Of a DNA stretch of 64,000 nt, positions 1 to 12,050 are shown piece by piece. Location of the stretch: positions 248,000,001-248,064,000 of the forward strand of contig OZ024742.1 of NCBI GenBank assembly GCA_964016885.1, read 5' to 3'. The notes beneath the pieces are model-generated. The model was not told where the DNA came from. It made no database searches and saw only the letters and a list, made by a program, of their open reading frames with translations. Within the stretch, counting starts at the first letter, position 1. Each line of letters starts with the position of its first letter. The DNA comes from Eledone cirrhosa (taxonomy: Eukaryota). Position numbers and translations under genes: made by a program.

Positions 1-46
1 CATCATGCTGGAATAATGATAATAATAATAATAATAATAATAATAA

Positions 47-290
47 TTTGTTCTACTTTTGGCAGCAAATATTCAGTGTATTACTGGTACTTTATTTTTA
101 TCGACCCCATCAGGATGAAAGGCAAAGTTAACCTCGGCGGTTAATAATAATAATAATAATAATGATTTCTAGTATAGGCACAAGGCCAGTAATCTGGGGG
201 CATGGGAAAGTCGATTAAATCAACCTCAGTACGTTACTGGTAGTTTATTTTTTCGACTCCGCAATGATGAAAGGCAAAGTTAAACTCGGC

Positions 291-294
<4 letters not shown>
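47..294 (-). mobile_element. Two adjacent 5'-truncated copies of the tRNA-derived SINE (family A)
   Basis: 47-140 and 165-294 match the reverse complement of the full copy at 38891-39077 (e.g. atcgacccc..ggatgaaaggcaaagttaacctcggcgg). Both abut (AAT)n. Confidence 0.85.
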
Positions 295-1156
<862 letters not shown>

Positions 1157-2674
1157 TAGTAATTGGACGGTAAAACCAATAATGCATTCGTTCATTCTTA
1201 GAACTTAGATTTGCATTTTACATTACTGAGGTATTGCTTGAAAGTTTCTACACCAACAACAGAAATAGTGGCTTCGACAGGATTGAAATCACCTTGCGAT
1301 GTTCACCTGTTAGAAATTTACCTGTTGTGGAAAACTCATCAACATTTCAGTTTTTATCAATATCGGTAAAAATACAAAACACAATTTGTTGAATTGAATC
1401 TATCCATTTTTAATTGGCGATTATTTGAATATACATGTCACTCTGTTTCCAAAACCCACAGCAGGGACATTGAGAAATAACTAAAAAACAAAAGGCATGT
1501 TTAAGTACTCTTTCCTGAACGTTTAAAATGTGTCGAATTGTACAAACATACCTCGGGCTTGGTGTCAATTAAATATACCAGAATTATGTTATGCTTAATA
1601 AAATACACCTCCGCATGGCAACATTACTCTCGGTGTATAACAGAGGCAAACCAGTCTATGTGTTTAAAATCATATAAAATGTTTATAAAAATATATTTTA
1701 CATCAACAATTAAATTCCTAAAAAATAATTAATTCTATGGATTAGATACATTCTAGATTGTTCTGGAATGAAATTAGACTCGTTGATTTTCTAATTGTTT
1801 GCCAAAGGGGATTGTTCACTGTACTAGAGCCACAAATCTCCGAGTTCATGTTATGTGGAGTATGTAGCTCCAAACGGTATATATTGCATTTAAACTTTCA
1901 CTGGATTGGGGACATTTTGTTAGGTTTATTTACGTACAGTTTTCGAACAAAGTAAATTTAATTGTCAATGAAATAAAACGTTAAACAGCATATCGTATGA
2001 TTATATAAGCAAACATCTCAACATTTTGGCTACTTGGAAATTACTTTAGAGTGAAATCCACAGGTATGAAAGTGGCTTATTGGTAGTATCTTTAGGCCCT
2101 CGGATTAAAAATGCCTTGTTATTTGATCCGACTCTTTGTACGTTGATTTCAGTTTCTAATGAGATCAACTTTGCCTTTCATACTATGATCACGAGAAATA
2201 AAATTCCAGTTCAGCAAGTGTCGTTTCCACATATTTATCACCCCGCCCCTCTCTCTGGTAGAAATCAGCAGTGTGCTGACCTGGAGAGAGATGGACTCGA
2301 CCAGGTTAAAAAGGGATAAGACACGCTGTGTCTTATGATGATGCACCTATAAATCTATCCAGAATTAACTGTGCCATTAACCTACCTACGGACTGCAAAA
2401 AAAAAAATGCATATTATGGTTGTTGTTGTCTAGCCCTGTTCAACCATTTGAATAAACATATAATCAAAACTATACTTTTTCTACACTCAGGGCTACTTTA
2501 TTCAACACGTAATTCTATATTTCTTTAGAATGGCAAAGAGTAATCTGGAGGAAGTTTGGCTGCTATGTATAACTGTTCTAGCGCTGTTATAATATATCTG
2601 AAGACAGACGGTTTAGTTATGGCTAGGTCACATTTGATCATAGGTTAATTGGAAAAATGATATAATAGGGTTTG

Positions 2675-3392
2675 AACGACAACAACGATTATCACTGTAA
2701 GAATAACAGCAACATCAACAACAACCACATGAAGAATAACAAAAGAAACAATTGCGAAAACAGCAGCACCACACCTACCACCAATATCACAACCACAAAC
2801 ACCTCCCCGATCACCACCACCCATGCCACCATTAATACTACCACAAACATATCCCCCCATCACCACCACCACCACCACAGCTACCGCCACGACCAACCAC
2901 CACCACCACCAACAATACCACAACTACCACCAACACCACCACCACAACCCCAACCACCACCTCCATCACCGCAATAACGGCAATCACCCACCACCACCAC
3001 CACCACACCACCACAACTACCTCCACTACCCACCGCCATCATCACCCTCACCACCGCAACCACCAACACAACGACGACGACGACTACCCCCCCCCCCCAC
3101 ACTACCACCAACACCACCACCATCACTGCCACTAACTACCACCACCACCACCACTACCCACCACCGACACCATCACCACCAACCACCACAAATGACAACA
3201 ACTACCTCTACCAACACCACCACTACCATCGCCACCACCACCACCCAACACCACCCACAAACACCACTACGCACCACCGCCACCAACACTCCACCACCAT
3301 CACCACCACCACTACTACCACCACCACCACCAGCACTACTACCACTGCCACCATAACCACCCACCACCACCACAAACGACCACAACAACAAT

Positions 3393-3423
<31 letters not shown>

Positions 3424-3425
3424 GC
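2675..3425. repeat. Degenerate (ACC/AAC)n low-complexity tract
   Basis: CCA/ACA-rich imperfect trinucleotide repeats ending in (AAC)n. Source of the poly-T/P/H pseudo-ORFs. Confidence 0.9.
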
Positions 3426-3798
3426 AATATTTTAAAACAATGTAAACTTCATTCTATTTTACGATTTTATTTTAATTTCAATTTTTTACCGACCATAATT
3501 ACTGTAACAACTCTAGCTACGTTTGCATACTAATTATTTAATCGATATTATATTATTGCTGTCATTGTAGTTTCTGTTGTTATTGTCAGTGATATTATTT
3601 CTAGTGTTCGATAAAATAAAGTACCAGTAATGCACTGGTTAATTGCTGGCCTTGTGCCTAAAGTAGAAACAATTATTTCTAGTGTTGTTGTAGTCGTTGA
3701 CATTGTCAGTCTTATCATGTCGTTGTTTGTGTTGATGATATCGTCGATATTGTTGCTGTTTTTGTTGTTATTGCTGCTGTTTTAGTCGTTATTATTAA

Positions 3799-3940
3799 TT
3801 GTTTCTGCTTTTCGCACAAGGCCAGCAAATACCCAGTACATTACTGGTACTTTATATTATCGACCCCGTAAGGATGAAAGGCCAAGTTAACCTCGACGGG
3901 ATTTGAACTCAGACCGTAAAGGAACGTAACTATGCTAGTG

Positions 3941-3943
<3 letters not shown>
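3799..3943 (-). mobile_element. SINE family A, short-head variant
   Basis: B box (GAGTTCAAATCC on - strand), central domain and 3' tail as in 38891-39077. The 5' end GTTCACTAGCATAG abuts (TA)n. A + strand 3' fragment lies at about 3608-3675. Confidence 0.85.
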
Positions 3944-4027
<84 letters not shown>

Positions 4028-4041
4028 CATATATATATATA

Positions 4042-4083
<42 letters not shown>

Positions 4084-4093
4084 AACCAGTAAG

Positions 4094-4187
4094 ACCCCGA
4101 CAGCTGAGCTCAAGCCGTTTCGACGGCTAATTCTGGACTAAATGAAAATTTATCCTGGTATTTAAATAGCCAATCTTCTCAAGGGGT
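4094..4187 (-). ncRNA. Type I hammerhead ribozyme, U3-A8 core variant
   Basis: Reverse-complement copy of 5857-5950. Stem II differs by one C>T that keeps a U-G pair. Confidence 0.8.
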
Positions 4188-5290
4188 AATTCCATATATG
4201 GTCAAAGTGATTGTCAAAAATCAGTAGTAATTCTGTGGTTGCAAATTAGTAGGGGAGATGGTGGCTAAACCTGCCAGTAGGAGAAAGAGGGGAGGGGGTG
4301 GAGTAGACCCAATCAAGCGTTGGTAGTGCCAGCAACAGCTGGGCATGAGGTCAAAGAAGATACAGGGGAGGGGGAGGGGGAGGAAGTCGGAACTTTAGGT
4401 AGAACAATAGGGGGTAGAAATAGGAAAGAAAAAATACTGAGAGTGAAGAAAAGCAAATAAGTGTAAAGAAAAAAGTAAAGTAAATTAAATTCTACGACCT
4501 AGGTCTCAGGCTATTGTTAGGCTAGAATAAAATAGAGAAAGAAAGAAAGAAGTAAAGAAATAAATAAATAAAGAAATAACGAAATAAGTAAAAGAACTAG
4601 GTGGGATGGAATAGGCAAGGACCCTTTTAAGAGGTATAAGTACGTAAATGATACGGTGACGGGTCAACAAAAGGGGCCAAAATACTAAAGAGACTACCAC
4701 GAAATAAACAATAAAGGTTTCCATCCCGGGCCAGCAACGACCCAGTGCAGCAAAGTGAACTTGTACGAGATAATAATTCTGAGTCCCGAGAAAAATAAAT
4801 ACTAATGCTAACTCTAAAAGATCTAAAACAAGCTACATGAAAGTTCGTACGAAATAAAGGTAGAATACGGAGAAATAAATTCAGAATCCACCCCGCCCAG
4901 AAAAAAAGCGAAGCAAGAATTACTGAAACGAAAAAATAAGGCATAAGTGCCACTAAGAAATATAGAGGGCACCGAGAATAGTGGGAGCGGTCGGAAAAAG
5001 GGGGCAAGTATCCGGGGTCTAAGCCAACTGCTATAAAGGGCGGAGTCCGCCAAATCTATCATAGACTAGGGGAGGGGGTGGTGGGGGTACTAAGGCTACA
5101 TGGGGCCAAAGGGCAGCCTCGGGTGGGCGAGAAAAGACGCCGACAAAGGAGAAGAGCTGGGGTAGAAGGACTAAGGAGAGAGGGGGGAAGGAAATAAAGG
5201 AAGCGATAAAAGAATACAAAGAAGATCTTACGTCTTCCTTGGCAAGCAGGGGTTACCCATTGCAAAATCGGCAAGTGGGGTGTTATAGCC

Positions 5291-5572
5291 CTAGTCTACC
5301 CCCCCCCCCCCCCCCGGGTCATTATGGGGTTTGAGGGCGAGGTAAGTCCTACGCAATCTATGTTTACATGCAGTGACCAGTTCATCTTTCTTGTTTAGGA
5401 GTTGGTCCGTCGAAAACAGCATTTGTAAAGTTTCCTCCGAGCATAAATTGCACGGACGGCGTCCTCCCGTGTAAGAATTGGCCCTGGACAGTAATCTCCA
5501 AGTGAGATCATAGGTGATGTTGTTGTCCTTGAGGTCCCATATGTGGCCCGAAAGTGTAGTGGCGTGACGCCG
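5291..5572 (-). pseudogene. C-terminal fragment of a PLE GIY-YIG endonuclease region (not in ORF track, no ATG)
   Basis: Manual translation: RRHATTLSGHIWDLKDNNITYDLTWRLLSRANSYTGGRRPCNLCSEETLQMLFSTDQLLNKKDELVTACKHRLRRTYL... This fits the T-LS-HIW-LKD / W / CxxC-E / LLN--EL---C-H pattern I recall from aquatic-invertebrate PLE endonucleases. Confidence 0.8.
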
Positions 5573-5856
5573 GGCCTTTACACTTATTTGCTTTTCTTCA
5601 CTCTCAGTATTTTTTCTTTCCTATTTCTACCCCCCATTGTTCTACCTACCGTTCCGACTTCCTCCCCCTCCCCCTCCCCTGTATCTTCTTTGACCTCATG
5701 CCCAGCTGTAGCTGGCACTACCAACGCTTGATTGGGTCTACTCCACCCCCTCCCCTCTTTCTCCTACTGGCAGGTTTAGCCACCATCTCCCCTACTAATT
5801 TGCAACCACAGAATTACTACTGATTTTTGGCAATCACTTTGACCATATATGGAATT

Positions 5857-5950
5857 ACCCCTTGAGAAGATCGGCTATTTAAATACCAGGATAAATTTTC
5901 ATTTAGTCCAGAATTAGCCGTCGAAACGGCTTGAGCTCAGCTGTCGGGGT
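5857..5950 (+). ncRNA. Type I hammerhead ribozyme, U3-A8 core variant with full stem III
   Basis: Stem I ACCCC(5857-61)/GGGGT(5946-50). Core TTGAGAA 5862-68. Stem II GA(T)CGGCTA...TAGCCGTC with inner hairpin. GAAA 5923-26. Stem III CGGCT-TGAGCTC-AGCTG. GUC triplet, predicted cut after 5945. Confidence 0.85.
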
Positions 5951-6183
5951 TTTACTGGTTCCTATTACCCACTCTACTACCTCAAGCATTGAGTACTTTG
6001 GTGCGTTATGGTCCACCTGGTTCCTTACCACATTTCCTTCGTTATATATATATATATATATATATCGCAAGTATGTTTTGAAACATGTACGTCAATACTC
6101 ATCTTTTTCCATTTAACCGAGGGTTCTAAAGCCCATTATCAGGCTAAAATTCCTTTAGTCAAAAATACGGTGAAAGCTTTATC

Positions 6184-6276
<93 letters not shown>

Positions 6277-6389
6277 TTAATACATTAACAGAGAAAGTTT
6301 TAAGCAATACTCCTACCAGCTTCCGTCTCACTCAACAAACATTAGGATATACCTTAGTATAATCCCAATATATATATATTTACATATAA

Positions 6390-6619
<230 letters not shown>

Positions 6620-6998
6620 GGCTTCTGTGTACTGGGTGTAATTATTGCACCGCAGTGCACAGGACATGGAGTAGAAACCAACGATTTCCTTTGGTCCGGG
6701 CAAAATCGTTTAGACCCGCACATAATCCCGAACTTTCCCCTAATATCTAAATGTGCACGCTTTGCATCACAGACTGGAGCTTCGGAAGAGCAAGTCAGTG
6801 AAATCATTGAGCGAGTGGGAAAGTTCTAGCATTGAAAGTTCAATGTACTAGCACAAACTCAGTTTGTATAATTCGATACGAAAAAGGTGAAGGTATTGTT
6901 CTCGGTAATGGTGAAGTAACTGTTGTGGAACTACTTCTACCAAACTGGTTCCATGGACAGAGTGCTCTAATGCTACGGACACAAACATATACATACAC

Positions 6999-7067
<69 letters not shown>

Positions 7068-7097
7068 AATACACACACACACATACACACACACACG

Positions 7098-7148
<51 letters not shown>

Positions 7149-7394
7149 AAAATTAAATTAAGGGTGTCATGTCCGAGAGACATGCACCATATACACTAGT
7201 TCTAGTTAAACTTTAATTAGTTACCTACCTAGCTGTGTGTGCTTCCACAATTTGCAAATTATTCCCTGTGATTATTTCATATGTTTATTTTAGATATATA
7301 TGTCAATCAATTTCTAGTTGATATATATATATAAATATATGTGTGTGTGTGTTGTGTGTGTGTATGTATATATATATATAAATATATATATATA

Positions 7395-7610
7395 CGAGGG
7401 TAATCCTAAAAGTAAGGTTTCCAAAGCGATGGGGACGCAGAGAAACTGTTCGTACGGCTGTTGGCAACACTGTTGTGATTTGTGCTTCCTTCACTCCCAG
7501 ACAAGCTTGCGCACGCTCCGATGGGATGCTCTATCCTGGCTTGGCAGCCGTGGAGAATGGAGCTCCAGTTGAATGTTACTGCCAAGTGCGAATTTCGCGC
7601 AGTTATTATA
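7395..7610 (+). mobile_element. 5' end of a mariner (Tc1/mariner) transposon with transposase start
   Basis: TA + CGAGGGTAATCCTAAAAGTAAGGTTTCC TIR. ATG near 7557 gives MELQLNVTAKCEFRAVI, resembling the mariner N-terminal E-RAVI(RFL) helix. Confidence 0.7.
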
Positions 7611-7612
7611 TA

Positions 7613-7778
7613 CGAGGGCAATCCCAAAAGTAAGGTCTCCTTCCGAGGAAACCATGCGTAAAGTCGGTGGGTCACTCTCTGCATTTTCGTTCATGAGGTT
7701 TCCCGAAGCACCATCCACAGGATATTAACGGAAAAGTTGCAATATCGGAAGGAGACCTTACTTTTGGGATTGCCCTCG
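7613..7778. mobile_element. Mariner-type MITE
   Basis: ~34-bp TIRs CGAGGGCAATCCCAAAAGTAAGGTCTCCTTCCGA / TCGGAAGGAGACCTTACTTTTGGGATTGCCCTCG. TA on the left, CA (probably mutated TA) on the right. Confidence 0.9.
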
Positions 7779-8563
7779 CATATCTGTAGTCAGACTGTAC
7801 AGAAATATACATATATGAAGAGTGCGGAGATCGCATCGCAAATCTGAACCGTCACTAATAACATTTCTCTGTTTAATACCAACATATCGAGCACTCCTCC
7901 TGCATTTTATGCGTAAAAATACAATGTTATAAATCTCTAAGAAAACAAGTTAGAAGCACTAAAAATAAAGTAAGTACATTCTAGATATATATAAATGTGT
8001 GTGTCTCTATAAAACAGTTTAAAGACAAATGGAATGTTACCGGAGTCTTGACAAATCCACAAAGTAAATCTTATTTACAAAGAATTTTTTAATAGAATCA
8101 ATAACAATGTAGCATTGATTGTAGCTGGAATTTGGAAAATACTGAAGAATTCAACAACAATATCAACAACAACATGATGAAAATAACGGCAACAACGATG
8201 ACGGCAACGCTAGATGAAGAACAAGGTGAATTAGAAGAGACAAAAACAAACTAAGCGGACAAAAGAATCTGTAAAAATATGAGAGACTTCCAGAAAAGAA
8301 AGAAGCGAGAATGAAAGAAGAAAACTTAGTAAAACGGTGAAAGATAGAAAGCAAGATAAAAACGAAAACACAAACTGGATAGAAAAATAATTTCAGATGT
8401 GAAATTGATATTAAATTCTGAAGAAGACATACTTGATTTTTTTTTTTATGCAGTCTATACTAGAAATTATTTCTGATATGACCTATATAAAACTACAGAC
8501 ACACACACACACACACACATACACACACACACAAACACATAGTTATATATGTATATATATGTA

Positions 8564-8596
<33 letters not shown>

Positions 8597-8626
8597 GAGC
8601 TCTCCTGTGGGATACTAACTCATTAT

Positions 8627-8662
<36 letters not shown>

Positions 8663-8862
8663 AATGGAAGTACAGTATATTCGAAGCCATAGCCTCAGCC
8701 AAGCCAACGAATGCTTTCAGCAGTGCAGCCACGGTATAGGACCTCAGAGTAATAACATTCAGTTTAAAGGGCTTTGCAAAATGAAGACAGCAACTGGTAA
8801 TTTGGCCGGGGTCCGTAGCTACGAATGAACTGACTCGTGAGAAAAAATTCATACACATATAC

Positions 8863-8907
<45 letters not shown>

Positions 8908-9027
8908 TACACATATACACATATATAGATATAACAAACCTGGACCATCACCTCGAATATTTTGCAATATCTCAGTTAGGTTTCTGTAAATCCGGAATCA
9001 ACAAAATCTGCTTACAGTGTATGCAAG

Positions 9028-9120
<93 letters not shown>

Positions 9121-9943
9121 GTGTGTGTGTGTTTATTTACGAGAATGTGAAATGCTTCATCGAAATTTGTAAGAATTTTGAAAAACATGTGGACATTATC
9201 AAGTGTGTGAGAATGCTTGGTTTTAGAGATACAGGTATAACTCATGATTACCAGGTGAGTGGCTTGGAGTCACATGAACTAAATTGTTCCACCTCATGGA
9301 TGCCATTCACCCCCAGCAATCACAGACATGGCGTTAAGATAGTCATCTGTAGACTTGACCGACTGCACTACATGCCTCCACTTACCTTTATTAAACATAG
9401 TATGTTAGCGTTGCTACGCATAACAATTTATATCTTTGTAGGATAGAAGATTTTGAGATCAGATCCCATTATTCATGCACTAATCCTTGGACGTAAACTT
9501 TTCTCTGTATTAGATATAGAATATTAACGATTTTATTGATCGTAAACTAGTTCTATACAGGATAGAAGCTTGAAACATCATTTCTATTTCATCTGCCCAG
9601 AAACTGTGGCGCAAACAAAGCGTTTTACCTTTACGGACATTAAATGCCAACCGGTGATTATACAGCGATATAGAGTAACGCGTTGGTTAGAGTATGATTT
9701 CTTGATATTGCAGCCAACCACGTGCGTAAACCAGTATATTTCACAACTTGTGCGATTTAATAGGTGAGTGAGAGAGAACATTTATAATAGGAATTAGAGT
9801 GTATATTAAAACAAAACAATAAATAATGTGAAATATTGTTCAACCTACTCTCATTGTTATTCTGCTAGTTGGGAGAAAAAAATAATAAGTTGATAGAACT
9901 AGAATATATATCACTGCTAGGACCGATTGTGTACTTAATAGGT

Positions 9944-11505
9944 AACGGCCCCTCTCAACGTTTGGTTTCTGGATGATGCTAAGTTTGGCGGGCCCGTACG
10001 GACGGTCTGCTAAGACCTTCAATCGGTGATTCCTGCCCTGGCGGTAATCGGCCTCCAGGTCAACTCGGCCAAGTCGGAGGTGGTGAACGTCAGCCTCGAT
10101 GCTGCGAGCTTTGCAGCCTCCGTCTTGGACGACGTGCGGTCCATTCTCCGCCAGGTACAGGTGACTCCCCAAAGAGGATGTCCTCATCCTGGGGTCACCG
10201 ATCCACCCACCGGCCATCCGCTCCACCATCAGGTCCAGGCTTCAACAGCTCCAGACTCTCACGAACCGACTGGGCTTGATTGACGGCAACCCAGCTCTCT
10301 TTTTGCTGAGGAACTGCTTCGCCATGCCGAAGCTCCTCTATATACTCCGCAGCGCTCCATGCTACACCCAGATATCTCTCCTCGCTGACATCGATACTTG
10401 TATCCGAGCAGATACTTGCAGCCGAGGGGATATGCAACGTCAAGTTTGACAACATAGGGTGGCAACAGGCCACTTTACCGGTCAGGTATGGCGGCCTTGG
10501 CTTCCGGTCCCCGATCTCACTAGCTTTGCCGGCGTATCTTTCATCGGTAACCACGTGCCGCGTCCTCGTCAGCAGGGTTCTTCAAAACACAACAGAACCC
10601 TCTGTGTTCAGAGAACGTGAGGCCGCCTGTGAGACGTGGGACCGGCTGGGACTTAGCCCAGTAGACGTCCCTCCTCCTTCTCCCCTGTTGAGGTCAAGTC
10701 CCCCCAACGCACTTGGGATGCCATCCAGTGCAGCCTGGCCTCAGACAGGCTCACGCGCCAGCTCGACCAGTACCGCCTTGCTTGTTTTCGTGCGGCCTCC
10801 AAACCCCACAGTGTTGCCTGGCTCCATGACCTGCCCTCATTCTCCACTGGCACGCATCTAGACAACCATAGCCTGCGAATCGGCGTTTCCCTGAGGCTCG
10901 GCCTCCGGATCTGCCAGCCACACCAATATCATTGCGGTTCCACCGTGGACTCTTTCGGCGTCCACCCTCTTTCCTGTCGCCACAGTGCTAGTTGCATTCC
11001 ACGCCATGCTGCCCTCAACGGGGTCATTAAGCATGGCTTGGACGCTGCAGGCTTCCCTTCCCAGCTCGAACCGGTGGCGCTGGATCGAGGGGACGGCAAA
11101 AGGCCAGATGGCATAACCATCTTCCTGTTCCGCGGTGGCAAAACATTCGTCTGGCATGCCACTTGCACCGACACATTCTGCAGCCGCAGCCTGGTGCAGT
11201 CTGCGACTGGCCCAGGTTCTGCTGCACGTCGAGCTGAGGGGGCCAAACTCCTCAAATACCGGTCGCTCTCCGACAGGTTTGCGGTCGTTCCCTGGCAGTG
11301 GAGACTTCTGGTGTCCTCGGCCCCAGGGCTACCTCCTTACTCACCACCATAGGCGCTGAGCCGCGAGTCGGAGTGTCTTTTCCAGCACATCTCCCTTGCC
11401 GTCCTCCGGGGAAACGCCTTCTCCATTCTGTCCGCCGGGTTTGTGGCTGGGCCCTATCCCGTACCAATACATTAGTTAAATACCATTCTTTCATCTGATA
11501 CAACA
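9944..11505 (+). mobile_element. Decayed 5'-truncated CRE-type non-LTR retrotransposon (RT 3' part, CCHC-like motif, RLE endonuclease)
   Basis: Frameshifted pieces: WFLDDA (~9963), [79 protein letters not shown]. The 3' end runs into (TA)n. Confidence 0.85.
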
Positions 11506-11529
11506 TATATATATATATATCTATACATG

Positions 11530-11573
<44 letters not shown>

Positions 11574-11635
11574 TATTTAAATATATATACATATGTACGT
11601 ATGTAATGTATGTATGTAATTTTGCATATGAAAGC

Positions 11636-11700
<65 letters not shown>

Positions 11701-12007
11701 CACACGTTTAAAGGAATAAAAAACCCAGCCACAATAGGTGACAGTATAATTATAATTATTGTTTTATTTGTTCGTGTGTTATATTTTACTGTCTGAATCC
11801 ATCGCACACAAAACGCAACTTCAGTCAACCAGTATACATATATAGAGTCACTCATACTCATATACATAAACGCACAAATAAGTAAGCACATGCATATACA
11901 CCCTTATGCGCACACATGCACATCTACGTACACATGCGCATTGAATAACCTACACAGTAGAGCAGGACACTATATTCTTTATTCCGTTCAATATCATAAA
12001 ATGCGTC

Positions 12008-12038
<31 letters not shown>

Positions 12039-12050
12039 CTCTCTCTATAT

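Larger units (their letters stand above)
4081..6043 (-). mobile_element. 5'-truncated Penelope-like element with inverted pseudo-LTR, inserted in (TA)n
   Basis: ~390-bp inverted repeat 4081-4468 vs 5576-5963, the right arm having an ~80-nt extra tail. Endonuclease C-terminal fragment 5291-5572 (-). HHR in each arm. (TA)n on both flanks. Confidence 0.85.

Noticed and set aside
2645-3427. Pro/Thr/His-rich 'extensin or mucin-like' ORFs
   Set aside because: Open in most frames on both strands because of (CCA)n low complexity.
4081-5963. DNA transposon with 390-bp TIRs
   Set aside because: The arms are asymmetric, contain hammerheads and flank a PLE endonuclease fragment rather than a transposase.
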